Made by a program: the position numbers and the translations under genes. DNA of 64,000 bases from Chloroflexota bacterium (GTDB lineage Bacteria > Desulfobacterota > Binatia > UBA9968), in NCBI GenBank assembly GCA_050257635.1, contig JBLMXG010000226.1, positions 9,032-73,031 on the forward strand. Direction: 5' to 3'. Of the stretch, positions 39,013 to 48,474 are shown piece by piece. Under the pieces are notes generated by a model. It was not told the origin of the DNA, did no database searches, and saw nothing but the letters and a program-made list of their open reading frames with translations. Positions within the stretch are counted from its first letter, which is position 1, and every line of letters starts with the position of its first letter.

Positions 39013-41304
39013 TTATCGTTGGAGCACCTGCAAGCCGCGCCATACCTTCTCTGGCGTGAGCGGCAGGTCATAGAGGCGCAGGCCCGTCGCTCGGAAAAGT
39101 GCGTTACCGATTGCCGAGGCGACGGGCAACAAGCCCCCCTCGCCCGTACCTTTGGAACCGAAGGGTCCGGGGCCATTCTGGCTCTCCACTAATATAGATT
39201 CGAATTTCTTGGGCATGTGCTCGAAGGTCGGGACCCGGTAGTCTACCAGGTTGGGGTTCAGCAATTGGCCGTCTTTGTAAACCATTTCCTCCAGCAGGCT
39301 GTGACCGATGGCGTTCATCACTCCGCCTTCGTCTTGGCCCTCGCATAGCACCGGATGGATCGCCTTGCCAACATCGGCAAGGGAGATATATTTTAGCAGT
39401 TTGATCTCGCCGGTATCGCAGTTCACTTCCACTTCCGCCCCGCCCCAGCTGATTTCCCAGAAGGTGGTCGGTGAACCGAGCGCCGCCTTGGGGCTTTTAA
39501 TGTCTTGATAGGCGCCGCGGCCGATCATTTCGCCGGCCTTGGAGAGAAACACTTTCTGCATCAGCTGCTCGAACGACAGACTTTGCCCTCGCAAACCATA
39601 CACCTTGCCGGCGCTGATCCTAAGCTGTGTCGGTCTGGCCTTGAGAAATTTCCCCGCGTGGCGGAGCAGCTGGCGCTTCAAATCCTGCGCCGCCCGCTGT
39701 ACCGAAAGACCCATCACCACCGTCGAGCTGCTCGCGTTGGTGTTGACGTCATAGGGCGTCACGTCGGTATCGAGCTGCGCCACGGTGACGGCATCGAACG
39801 GCAATCCCAACTCCTCGGCCACCACCTGGCTCAGCGCGGTGCGCGCCCCCTGCCCGACTTCGACCGTCCCCGTGAGCAAAACCACGCTGCCGTCGGCGTT
39901 CATTTTCACTGCCGCCGAAGAGACTTTGTAAGTGCCGCCGCCGTCTTTCATGCACACCGCGAGCCCGCGGCCGCGATGGGCTTGTTTCTTTTCGTTCCAG
40001 CCGATCGCCCTGGCGGCTCGCATCAGGCCCGCTCTGAGATCGCAATCCACCGGGGTATCGCCGGGAGTGTAGACTTCCCCCTTCTTGAGCAGGTTTTTAA
40101 GGCGGAATTCCAAGGCATCGAGGCCCAGCTCTTCGGCAATGATATCCATCTGCGATTCATAAGCCCAAGTCACTTGCAGCGTGCCGAAACCGCGATAGGC
40201 GCCCGCCGGCACGGTGTTGGTGTAAACCGTGTAAGCGTCGGTTTTCATATGCGGGATGCGGTAAGGACCAAAACAACGGTAGCCGGCTTTTTGCGTCACC
40301 CGCGGTCCGGCATCGGCATAGGCGCCGGTTTCCATGTGAATCAAACATTGGCGCGCGACCAGCTTGCCGTCCTTGGTCACGCCGGTTTTAATCTTGACCC
40401 GGGCCGGGTGGCGCGTCACCGTGCGAAAACTTTCTTCAATCGTATGGGCCAGACGCACCGGCCGCTTGGCTTTCCACGACAATGCCGCCGCCAGTGGCTC
40501 GGTTTTCACCGCTAGCTTGCCACCATAACCACCGCCGAGATAGGGCACGATGATGCGAATCTTGTTGAGCGGCATATGGAAAATTTCCGCGAGATGCTCG
40601 CGCAGGGTGAACGGCTCCTGGGTGCCCGCCCAGAGCGTCATGCGGTCGCTCTCCACGTGGGCGACGGTTGCATGAGGCTCCATGGAAAAGTGCTGCACCC
40701 GCGGAAAAGCGAAGGTGTGCTCAAAAACATGCGCGGATTTTTTAAAGCCTTCCTCCACGTCTCCCTTGGCGTAACTGAAACGATAGCACAGATTGGTGCC
40801 GGAGAATTCCTTGGGCGCTTCATAGCGCTGGCCCATCAACTCGCCGCCGCTCGCCGAGACGTTGTGCACCAGCGGCGCCCCCGGCGCCAGGGCTTCGTCC
40901 AAGCCGGTGACCGCAGGCAATTCTTCGTAGTCGACTTCGATCAACGACAGCGCTTCTTCCGCGGTCGCTTCGTCGACCGCCGCCACCGCCGCCACTGGAT
41001 CGCCGGCATAACGCACCTTGTCCACCGCGACGACGGTTTGATCCTTGTAGGCCGCGCCAAACATGGCGAAGTGGCGCTGGTCCTCGCGGGTGATGACGGC
41101 GAAAACTCCCGGCAGCTTTGCCGCCTTGGCGGCGTCTACGCGCCGTAGCCGGGCATGCGCATAGGGGCTGCGCAGAATTTTGCCGTGGGCCATTCCCGGC
41201 AGCTTCACGTCGACGGTATAGGTGGCTTTGCCGGTAACTTTCTCCGCACCATCGGAACGCGGCTCGGCGTGACCGACGACTTTACAAGCCTGGACTTTTT
41301 TCAT
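39013..41304 (-). CDS. Xanthine dehydrogenase/aldehyde oxidase family molybdopterin-binding subunit
   Basis: N-terminal a/b-hammerhead (DGAEKVTGKATYTVD, GKILRSPYAHARL) and a GGGYGGK motif. 763 aa. No 2Fe-2S or FAD subunit gene lies nearby. Confidence 0.9.
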   Translation of the reverse strand: MKKVQACKVVGHAEPRSDGAEKVTGKATYTVDVKLPGMAHGKILRSPYAHARLRRVDAAKAAKLPGVFAVITREDQRHFAMFGAAYKDQTVVAVDKVRYAGDPVAAVAAVDEATAEEALSLIEVDYEELPAVTGLDEALAPGAPLVHNVSASGGELMGQRYEAPKEFSGTNLCYRFSYAKGDVEEGFKKSAHVFEHTFAFPRVQHFSMEPHATVAHVESDRMTLWAGTQEPFTLREHLAEIFHMPLNKIRIIVPYLGGGYGGKLAVKTEPLAAALSWKAKRPVRLAHTIEESFRTVTRHPARVKIKTGVTKDGKLVARQCLIHMETGAYADAGPRVTQKAGYRCFGPYRIPHMKTDAYTVYTNTVPAGAYRGFGTLQVTWAYESQMDIIAEELGLDALEFRLKNLLKKGEVYTPGDTPVDCDLRAGLMRAARAIGWNEKKQAHRGRGLAVCMKDGGGTYKVSSAAVKMNADGSVVLLTGTVEVGQGARTALSQVVAEELGLPFDAVTVAQLDTDVTPYDVNTNASSSTVVMGLSVQRAAQDLKRQLLRHAGKFLKARPTQLRISAGKVYGLRGQSLSFEQLMQKVFLSKAGEMIGRGAYQDIKSPKAALGSPTTFWEISWGGAEVEVNCDTGEIKLLKYISLADVGKAIHPVLCEGQDEGGVMNAIGHSLLEEMVYKDGQLLNPNLVDYRVPTFEHMPKKFESILVESQNGPGPFGSKGTGEGGLLPVASAIGNALFRATGLRLYDLPLTPEKVWRGLQVLQR

Positions 41305-41307
41305 TCC

Positions 41308-42621
41308 TTAACCTCGATGCGAGTAATTTCGTTTCACCCACTCCAGTGCCTCCTCCCGGCTGCGCAGCTCGCCGCCGAGTTGCTGGTCCTCGACCTGACG
41401 CAGAATGACCGAAAAAATCGGCCCCGGCGTCAACCCCATGGCGATCAAATCATCGCCCCGCACGAGCGGCGCCGGGCGAATCTCTTCATCCTCCAACGCT
41501 GCTAGGCGCTCTTTACAGAATCGGTAATAGCTCAAGTCGCCATTGGATGACAGGGCATCGATTCGCGCCAGCTCGAGCAACTCACCTATGCCTTCTTCAC
41601 GCAAAAAGCGCTTGAGCGTGCTCAGGCGCATTTCCGGCGCCTGCACATGGCGCAAATGATTGCGCACTAGGTAACTGACCCGCTCCCAAACCGCACGACC
41701 GCGCTTGAGTCTTTTGAGAATCGCTTCAGCCAGCGCCGCGCCCTGTTCCGTATGACCGTAAAAAGTAACGCGCTCACCGTCGCGTCGGAAACATGCCGGT
41801 TTGGCCACGTCGTGCAGCAAGCAGCCGTAAGCCAAGGTCTCGCTCGGCGCGTCGAGATGACTTAACAGCAACAACGTGTGCGTGAAGACATCGCCTTCGG
41901 GATGATAATCCGGGCTTTGCCAGATTCCTTTAAGCGCGTCGATCTCGGGCAACAATACCTTGAGCAGGCCGCTTCCATCCAAGAGTTCAAAGCCGCGGCG
42001 CGCGTTGCCCTCGGTCAGGATGCGCGTGATCTCGTCGCCGATTCGTTCCCAGGCAATCGCCGTGATCGTCGTCGCCATCTGCCGGATCGCCGCAAACGTT
42101 GGGTCGTCGATATCGAACTGCAAACTGGCGGCGAAGCGCACGGCGCGCAACATGCGCAGGCGATCTTCCGCAAAGCGCTCCGCCGGTCTGCCGATGGCGC
42201 GGATACGCCGCCGATCGAGATCGCGACGGCCTTCGACCAAATCGATCACCCGGTTCTCGATGGGATCGTAAAGCATCCCGTTGATCGTGAAATCGCGGCG
42301 CAGGACATCTTCCTGCAAGCTGCCGTAGCGCACGTGACTCGGCCGCCGACCATCCAAGTAAGGCCCGTCATAGCGGAAACTGGCGACCTCGAAGGGCTGG
42401 CCGTCGACCAGCACGAGCATCACGCCGAATTCAGCGCCCACCGGTACGGTGTCGGGAAAAATATTTTTGATCTCGTCGGGTTTGGCGTTGGTAGCGATGT
42501 CGTAATCCTGCGGTGCTTTGTCGAGCAGCATATCGCGCACACAGCCGCCCGCAAGATAGGCCTCATGGCCTTCTTGGCGAAGCCGTTGAACGACAAAAAT
42601 AGCTCTCTCACGCGCCGACAC
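41308..42621 (-). CDS. cca: CCA tRNA nucleotidyltransferase with HD domain
   Basis: GTG start. Pol-beta head AYLAGGCVRDMLL...DYDIAT, HD region LLHDVAKP. Stop lies 3 nt before the next gene. Confidence 0.88.
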   Translation of the reverse strand: MSARERAIFVVQRLRQEGHEAYLAGGCVRDMLLDKAPQDYDIATNAKPDEIKNIFPDTVPVGAEFGVMLVLVDGQPFEVASFRYDGPYLDGRRPSHVRYGSLQEDVLRRDFTINGMLYDPIENRVIDLVEGRRDLDRRRIRAIGRPAERFAEDRLRMLRAVRFAASLQFDIDDPTFAAIRQMATTITAIAWERIGDEITRILTEGNARRGFELLDGSGLLKVLLPEIDALKGIWQSPDYHPEGDVFTHTLLLLSHLDAPSETLAYGCLLHDVAKPACFRRDGERVTFYGHTEQGAALAEAILKRLKRGRAVWERVSYLVRNHLRHVQAPEMRLSTLKRFLREEGIGELLELARIDALSSNGDLSYYRFCKERLAALEDEEIRPAPLVRGDDLIAMGLTPGPIFSVILRQVEDQQLGGELRSREEALEWVKRNYSHRG

Positions 42622-42683
42622 CGACGTGCCTCATCCCGAGTTTAAATTTTTATGACCAATAAAAAAAGCGAGTGGAGCGGAAG

Positions 42684-43070
42684 TCAGAGCGGATAAGTCG
42701 TGCTCGTCGAAGGGATCAGTTCGCGCACCTTCCCCTGCAGCTCCTGAAACGTGAATGGCTTGACGATGTAACCGTTGCAGCCGGATTCGATGCAAGTCTT
42801 CAGGTCCGAGTCGCGAAACAACGCCGTCGCGGCTAAAATCGGAATATTCTTGGTGTCGGCATGGGCGCGAATCTCCCGCGCCGCTTCCCAGCCATCCATC
42901 CCCGGCATCATGATGTCCATGATGATCAACTCGGGCTTTTCGCTCAGCGCCAGCTCGACGCCTTCTTTGCCGCGCTTGGCCGTGATCGGCATGAACCCCA
43001 TGAGCTCGATCTGCCACATTAGCAGCTCGCGCATGTCGCTATGATCTTCAATGATCAACACTTTCTTCAT
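42684..43070 (-). CDS. Stand-alone response regulator (CheY-like receiver)
   Basis: 128 aa. VLIIEDH, IIMDIMMPGMDG, ILAATA and IVKPF motifs. Confidence 0.9.
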   Translation of the reverse strand: MKKVLIIEDHSDMRELLMWQIELMGFMPITAKRGKEGVELALSEKPELIIMDIMMPGMDGWEAAREIRAHADTKNIPILAATALFRDSDLKTCIESGCNGYIVKPFTFQELQGKVRELIPSTSTTYPL

Positions 43071-43115
43071 CGCTGCAAACCGAGAACTCTAGCGCTTGGG
43101 GGGATGTTGCCTAAA

Positions 43116-43145
43116 AACCCATTTGAATATGCCGCAGCCCGTCGC
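43116..43145 (-). promoter_or_regulatory. Sigma70-like promoter upstream of the response regulator
   Basis: The minus strand reads TTGACA, 18 nt, CATATT, about 45 nt upstream of the ATG at 43070. Confidence 0.3.
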
Positions 43146-43222
43146 CGGCTGTCAAGCCTTTCCTGATGCCAAACTCGGCGAGGCTCGCGCCACTGCCGGT
43201 CCGGCCCGAGTTCAAAGGGACG

Positions 43223-44548
43223 CTAAGGTTTTTTGTCCGCCTTCTTTAGATTGCCCACGATCACCGTGATCAGCTTTTCCGGCTGCAAATACTGCTTGGC
43301 GACCCGTTGTACGTCTTCGCGGGTTACTTTCCGAATGAGTCCGGAATACTGCTCCGGGTAGTCCAAACCGAGTTGGTAATATTCGACCTGGGCGAGAAAG
43401 CCGGCCACCTTGCGATTGGTATCGAAGCGCAACGGAAAGCTCCCGATCATATAATCTTTGGCATCGTTCAATTCCTGCTCGCTCACCGGTTCTTCGCGAA
43501 TCCGGCGGATTTCCTCCTTGGCGAGACGAATCGCCTCCGAGGCGGTTTCGTTTTTCGTCTGCATGACAAATTGAAAGCTGCCGTAGCTCTTTTCGGCGGC
43601 AAAAACGCTGTAGACCGAATAGGCCAGGCCGCGCTCGTTGCGGATAGAATCCATCGCCCGCGACGAGAACCCACCGCCGCCGAGAATATAATTCATGACC
43701 TGGACGGCGTAGTAATCGGGGTTGCCACGGGCCACGCCGTTATGGCCGAGAATGATATTGGACTGGGTTAAATCTTTATTGACCTCCACTTGTTGCGCGC
43801 CGCCGATATTCGCTGGCGTAAGCGTCTTACCGCTTGGCTCGCCCTTTTTCCAGCCGCTGAAGGCCTTGCTCAAAGCTTGGGCGATTTCCTTCTCGCCGAT
43901 ATCGCCGACCACGGCGATGATCGCCCGGTTGGGGCGGTAATAGCGGGTGAAATGCTCTTGGAGGTTTTTCCGCTGGAGAGCCTTCACCGAGGCCTCGGTT
44001 CCTTCCACGGGCCGGCCGTAGGGACTCTGCGGGAACAGCGCGGCGGCGAATCGGGTTGCCGCCACAGCGCCGGGATCTTCCTCGCGCGCCCGGATCGACG
44101 CAATCACCGCTTGTTTCTGCCGGTCGATTTCCGCTGCGGGAAAAGTCGATTGAGTCAAAATTTCCGCCAAAAGATCGAGCCCCGTTGCCAGGTCTTTTTT
44201 AAGGATCGTCAAGCTAACGCTGGCAACGTCCTCGCCGCAGCCGGCCGATAGACTGGCGCCGATGAAATCGAGCGCCTCGCTGATCTGCAAAGCGCTGCGC
44301 CGCTGCGTTCCATAGGTCAAGAGCCTTGCCGTCAGGTTCGCCAAACCCGCCTGATTCCCCGGCTCATAGCGCGCCCCCGCGTCGATCAGCATCTCGATCG
44401 AAACCATCGGCAAAGTGCGCTGCTCGGAGGTAAGGAGCACAAGGCCGTTATCGAGCACCATGCGTTTGGGCACTATACCCGCCCAAGCCGGGAACACAGA
44501 GAAGATCGCGGCCAAGGCGGCCAGCAAGCAACCACGCAGGTTTTTCAT
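43223..44548 (-). CDS. M16-family peptidase, non-catalytic partner subunit
   Basis: Signal peptide and pitrilysin fold, but GLANLTARLL sits where HxxEH is expected. ATGA overlap with the upstream active subunit. Confidence 0.88.
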   Translation of the reverse strand: MKNLRGCLLAALAAIFSVFPAWAGIVPKRMVLDNGLVLLTSEQRTLPMVSIEMLIDAGARYEPGNQAGLANLTARLLTYGTQRRSALQISEALDFIGASLSAGCGEDVASVSLTILKKDLATGLDLLAEILTQSTFPAAEIDRQKQAVIASIRAREEDPGAVAATRFAAALFPQSPYGRPVEGTEASVKALQRKNLQEHFTRYYRPNRAIIAVVGDIGEKEIAQALSKAFSGWKKGEPSGKTLTPANIGGAQQVEVNKDLTQSNIILGHNGVARGNPDYYAVQVMNYILGGGGFSSRAMDSIRNERGLAYSVYSVFAAEKSYGSFQFVMQTKNETASEAIRLAKEEIRRIREEPVSEQELNDAKDYMIGSFPLRFDTNRKVAGFLAQVEYYQLGLDYPEQYSGLIRKVTREDVQRVAKQYLQPEKLITVIVGNLKKADKKP

Positions 44549-45870
44549 TGGGGTTTTTCTTTGAGTGGAATCAATGTGCCGATCGTGCGCTGATCACGAA
44601 CTAAATATTGCCGCGCTACTCGCTGGATATCTTCGCGGCTCACTTTCCGAATGCCATCGAGAAAAGCATCCATTTGCCGCCAGCCGCCGGCAATTTCATA
44701 GGAACCGATTTTCATCGCTTGTCCGAAAATCGAATCCTGCGCGAAAACGAACGCAGCTTCAACCTGATTTTTGGCTTTGGTCAACTCGCGCTCGCTGATC
44801 AACTCGGCCTTGACTCTTTCCAACTGCCGATCGATCTCGGACTGGACGCGCGCGGGCTCGATCCCCGGGAGCAACTGCGCGTAGACGGAAAAACCCATCG
44901 GATCGATGGAAACATCGCTGTAATCCGTGTCCACGCTGCGCACCAGCCGTTTCTGATAAGCCAGCTCGTGATACAGCCGCGAGCTACGGCCGCCGGCCAG
45001 AACCACCGAGAGTAAATCGAGCGCAAAGCTATCCGGACTCTTGAGATTGGGCGCGCGGTAGAACAGCAGCGTAAACGGCAGCTCGGCTTCCTTTTTCAAA
45101 ATGATGCTGCGTTCGCCGCGCTGCTCCGGCTCTTCCACCCATACTTTAGGCGGCGGAGTACCACGCGGAATTTTGCCGAAGGCCGACTTGATCTTGGGCA
45201 GAATCTCCTCTGCCGAAAAATCGCCGACCACAACGATAAAGGCATTGTTCGGCGCGTAGTAGAGCTTATAAAAATCCACCAGGTCCTGGCGCGTGAGGTG
45301 TTGAATGTCCTCCATCCACCCGACCACCGGCCGGCGATAGGGGTGGATCGTAAAGGCCACCGCGCTCGCGACTTCGCTCAATGCCGAGATGGGATTGTCT
45401 TCGGTGCGCAGGCGCCGTTCTTCCTGAATGACTTTTTTCTCGGGCTCGAAATACTTTTCTCCGAGCAGCGCACTGGCCATGCGGTCGGCCTCCAAGTCAA
45501 GCTCGATGCCAATCTTTTCCCGGCTCATGGTCGCGAAATAGACTGTCATATCCGACGTGGTGAAAGCATTGGAGCGTCCGCCGTTTTTGGCGATGATGCG
45601 CGAATATTCCTCCGGTCCGGTGGTCGGCGTGCCCTTGAACATCATGTGTTCAAGAAAATGGGCTAAACCGCTTTTGCCATCCTTTTCGTTGCGTGCGCCG
45701 ACGCGGTACCAGACTTGAAACGTCACCGCCGGGCTCTTGTGATCCTCCAAAAGCAAAACCTTGAGGCCGTTATCGAGGACAAATTCCCGAACCGGAGCCG
45801 CACGGACCGGGGTCATTCCGACAACGACTAAGAACAGGGACATCAGACATCCGATGTTAAATCGCCGCAT
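44545..45870 (-). CDS. M16-family zinc peptidase (pitrilysin/insulinase), catalytic subunit
   Basis: Signal peptide MRRFNIGCLMSLFLVVVGMTPVRA and inverted zinc motif HFLEHMMFKG. Confidence 0.9.
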   Translation of the reverse strand: MRRFNIGCLMSLFLVVVGMTPVRAAPVREFVLDNGLKVLLLEDHKSPAVTFQVWYRVGARNEKDGKSGLAHFLEHMMFKGTPTTGPEEYSRIIAKNGGRSNAFTTSDMTVYFATMSREKIGIELDLEADRMASALLGEKYFEPEKKVIQEERRLRTEDNPISALSEVASAVAFTIHPYRRPVVGWMEDIQHLTRQDLVDFYKLYYAPNNAFIVVVGDFSAEEILPKIKSAFGKIPRGTPPPKVWVEEPEQRGERSIILKKEAELPFTLLFYRAPNLKSPDSFALDLLSVVLAGGRSSRLYHELAYQKRLVRSVDTDYSDVSIDPMGFSVYAQLLPGIEPARVQSEIDRQLERVKAELISERELTKAKNQVEAAFVFAQDSIFGQAMKIGSYEIAGGWRQMDAFLDGIRKVSREDIQRVARQYLVRDQRTIGTLIPLKEKPQ

Positions 45871-45878
45871 GGTGCATC

Positions 45879-45906
45879 AAGTTAAAGGATGGGGACCTAA
45901 AGTCAA
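45879..45906 (-). promoter_or_regulatory. Sigma70-like promoter abutting the M16 start codon
   Basis: The minus strand reads TTGACT, 16 nt, TAACTT, then only 8 nt to the ATG at 45870. No Shine-Dalgarno sequence fits in that space. Confidence 0.3.
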
Positions 45907-46192
45907 GCAAGGTTTGCCGTGACTGGAGAACTTACGCCGTGCGCGGGTTGTTAAAGCGGGCGATTGGGCAATTTGCGCACTGCTTTTTTGCGTGAGGAAT
46001 ATCGTCAGCGCCGCCATTATGGAACTGGCCCGAGAAATCTTGGAGATTAAAGCATTACTTCCGATCCTCACTCCTGGAAGCCATAATGAAAGAGGCTACT
46101 GCAGGACGGCAGCCATCGCTTTGAATCGGAATCAATGACCGAACCCTAGCCGCTGATTGCTCCGATTGCAACGGTGCCGAGACAATCCGCAT

Positions 46193-46218
46193 GGGGCGTT
46201 TCGTCGCCCCGCTCGTTT
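46193..46218 (+). terminator. GC-rich hairpin immediately upstream of the ubiD-family promoter
   Basis: GGGGCG-tttcgt-CGCCCC followed by GCTCGTTTG. The T-tract is weak. Confidence 0.35.
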
Positions 46219-46245
46219 GACTCGTGTAACTTGCCACAATACTAT
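46217..46245 (+). promoter_or_regulatory. Sigma70-like promoter of the UbiD-family gene
   Basis: TTGACT, 17-nt spacer, TACTAT. AGGAGG lies 5 nt before the ATG at 46269. Confidence 0.5.
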
Positions 46246-46268
46246 GAAGCGCGCATCAGGAGGATTTC

Positions 46269-47699
46269 ATGGCTGACGTCACTGACATGCGAGGCTACAT
46301 CGAGTTGCTGGAAGAAATGGGCGAGCTGCGCCGCATCGACGGCGCCGATTTGAAGACCGAAGTGGGAGCGTTGACGGAGCTGGCCGCTGACAAGGAAGGG
46401 CCGGCGTTGTTGTTTAATAATTTCAAAGGCTATCCGGCCGGCTTTCGGATCATTTCCAACGTTTTTCGCACCTGCAAGCGCACCGGCCCGGCAATGGGCA
46501 TCAGTGCAGAGAAAGGTGTCGATTATCTCTATGCCTGGCGCAAAAAGCTTGCGGCGTATAAGCCTGTACCGGTCACTCAGTTGGAAGGCGGCCCGGTACT
46601 GGAAAATCAGATGATGGGTAACGATGTCGATCTCCATAAATTTCCCGTGCCCAACTGGCACGACCTGGATGGCGGCCCCTACATCGGTACTGGCTGCGGT
46701 GTCATCACCAAGGACCCGGAGACCGGTGCGGTCAACATCGGTACTTACCGAGTCATGGTCCAGGACAAAAACCATGTCTCGGTAAAAATGAACATGGGCA
46801 AGCATGGTCGGCTCGCCTTCGAGCGCGCGCGTGACGCGGGGAAGGCGCTGCCGGCGGCGATTACTCTCTGTCAGGGACCGGCGATTTTCCTGGCCGCGCA
46901 GATGCCACTGCCGCCGGACGTCAATGAATTCGAGTTCGCCGGTTATCTCCAGGGTTCGCCAGTGCCGGTGGTGCGCGGCGCGGCGACCGGTTTGCCGATT
47001 CCTGCCAACGCTGAGATCGTTCTCGAGGGCGACATTCTGCCGATGAAGGACGAAGAGATGCCAAAAGAAGGTCCCTTCGGTGAATGGCCGGGTTATTTTA
47101 CCGAAGCCAACGTCGGCGAGACGCCGGTAATGGAAGTCAAGCGGGTCTATTATCGGAACGATCCGATCTTGCTCGGCGCACCGCCACTCAAACCGCCGTC
47201 AAGCTATCTGCCGATCCCGCTCGGCGCCGCGACGCTCTGGGAGCAGCTCGAGAAAGCCGGTATTCCGGAAGTCAAAGGTGTCTGGGGATTCGTCTATGGC
47301 GGCCAGCCCGGACCTTTCACCGTCGTCGCCATCAAGCAGCGCTACGCCGGCCACTCCAAGCAAGCCCTGCTCGTCGCCGCCGGCGCGCGCGCCGGCGCCT
47401 ATGGTGGAAAATTTGTCGTCGTTGTTGACGATGATATCGACATCACCAATCCAGCGGAGGTGATCTGGGCGATTGCCACTCGATGCCATGTGCGCGAAGA
47501 CCTCGACGTGGTCAAAGGCGTGTGGGCTTCGGTGTGCGAGCCGGCGTTGCCGCCCGAGGAGCGCTCGCCGCGCGGTTATACCACTGACCGGGTTTTGATC
47601 GACGCCTGCCGGCCGTTTAAATGGATGAACGAGTTTCCCGCAGTCAACGCATTTACCCGGGAGTACAAGGATCGGATCGCGGCCAAGTACAAAGTTTAG
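46269..47699 (+). CDS. UbiD-family (prFMN-dependent) decarboxylase
   Basis: 476 aa. The N-terminus DMRGYIELLEEMGELRRI...PALLFNNFKGYP and overall length are typical of UbiD/Fdc-like enzymes. No ubiX is in the window. Confidence 0.88.
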   Translation: MADVTDMRGYIELLEEMGELRRIDGADLKTEVGALTELAADKEGPALLFNNFKGYPAGFRIISNVFRTCKRTGPAMGISAEKGVDYLYAWRKKLAAYKPVPVTQLEGGPVLENQMMGNDVDLHKFPVPNWHDLDGGPYIGTGCGVITKDPETGAVNIGTYRVMVQDKNHVSVKMNMGKHGRLAFERARDAGKALPAAITLCQGPAIFLAAQMPLPPDVNEFEFAGYLQGSPVPVVRGAATGLPIPANAEIVLEGDILPMKDEEMPKEGPFGEWPGYFTEANVGETPVMEVKRVYYRNDPILLGAPPLKPPSSYLPIPLGAATLWEQLEKAGIPEVKGVWGFVYGGQPGPFTVVAIKQRYAGHSKQALLVAAGARAGAYGGKFVVVVDDDIDITNPAEVIWAIATRCHVREDLDVVKGVWASVCEPALPPEERSPRGYTTDRVLIDACRPFKWMNEFPAVNAFTREYKDRIAAKYKV

Positions 47700-47795
47700 T
47701 TGTTAGAATTCTTGCGCCAAAGCGTTGCTATAGAATTGCCGTGAGCGACGTCCAATGTGTGATACGCTGTCTTGATCGGATCGGGAGGTAAACCG

Positions 47796-48437
47796 ATGGG
47801 CACGATTGAAGCGTTGAGTTTGGCGATGGGCACGGCCTGGACTTCCGGCATCAATCTCTACGCGACGGTAGCTGCGCTCGGCATCGCCAATCGATTGGAA
47901 ATGATCCACCTGCCGCCGAACCTTGAGGTGCTGTCCCATCCCGGAGTCATCGCCATCGCCTGCATCATGTACGTGATCGAATTCGTCGCCGATAAAGTGC
48001 CTTACGTCGATACCGGCTGGGACGTCCTGCACACCTTCATTCGCGTGCCGGCCGGAGCGATCTTGGCCGCGCGCTCTCTCGGCGACATGAATCCGGCCTT
48101 GGAACTGATGGCCGTGCTCGGCGGCGGCACTATCGCGCTGGCCGCCCACGGCACCAAAGCGACAGCGCGACTGGCGATCAACGCCAGCCCGGAACCTTTT
48201 AGCAACTGGGTTGCCAGCTTCACAGAAGACATCACAGTCTTAGGCGGCGTCTGGCTCATGTTCAACCACCCGATCGTGATGATGATCCTGGTGTTGGCTT
48301 TCCTCGCTTTGATCGCCTGGCTGATTCCGAAAATCTTTCGTCTGGCTAAACGCGGCTTTCAGGCGCTGCGCAACAAAATGCGCGGCATCAAACCGGATCA
48401 GCCCGCCCCGCCCGGCTCTTCGCCCCAACCCATGTAG
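47796..48437 (+). CDS. DUF4126-type integral membrane protein
   Basis: GGGAGG precedes the ATG at 47796. GINLYATVAALGI...EFVADKVPYVDTGWD...RVPAGA resembles DUF4126 (from memory). Confidence 0.7.
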   Translation: MGTIEALSLAMGTAWTSGINLYATVAALGIANRLEMIHLPPNLEVLSHPGVIAIACIMYVIEFVADKVPYVDTGWDVLHTFIRVPAGAILAARSLGDMNPALELMAVLGGGTIALAAHGTKATARLAINASPEPFSNWVASFTEDITVLGGVWLMFNHPIVMMILVLAFLALIAWLIPKIFRLAKRGFQALRNKMRGIKPDQPAPPGSSPQPM

Positions 48438-48474
48438 CACTTAATCGCCTGCGAGGTTAAAAACAGTCCCAACC

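Noticed and set aside
46019-46138. 39-codon plus-strand ORF (MELAREILEIKALLPILTPGSHNERGYCRTAAIALNRNQ) in the M16/UbiD spacer
   Set aside because: It has no Shine-Dalgarno sequence and several codons that look atypical for this genome. I kept it only as a note inside the candidate small-RNA finding.
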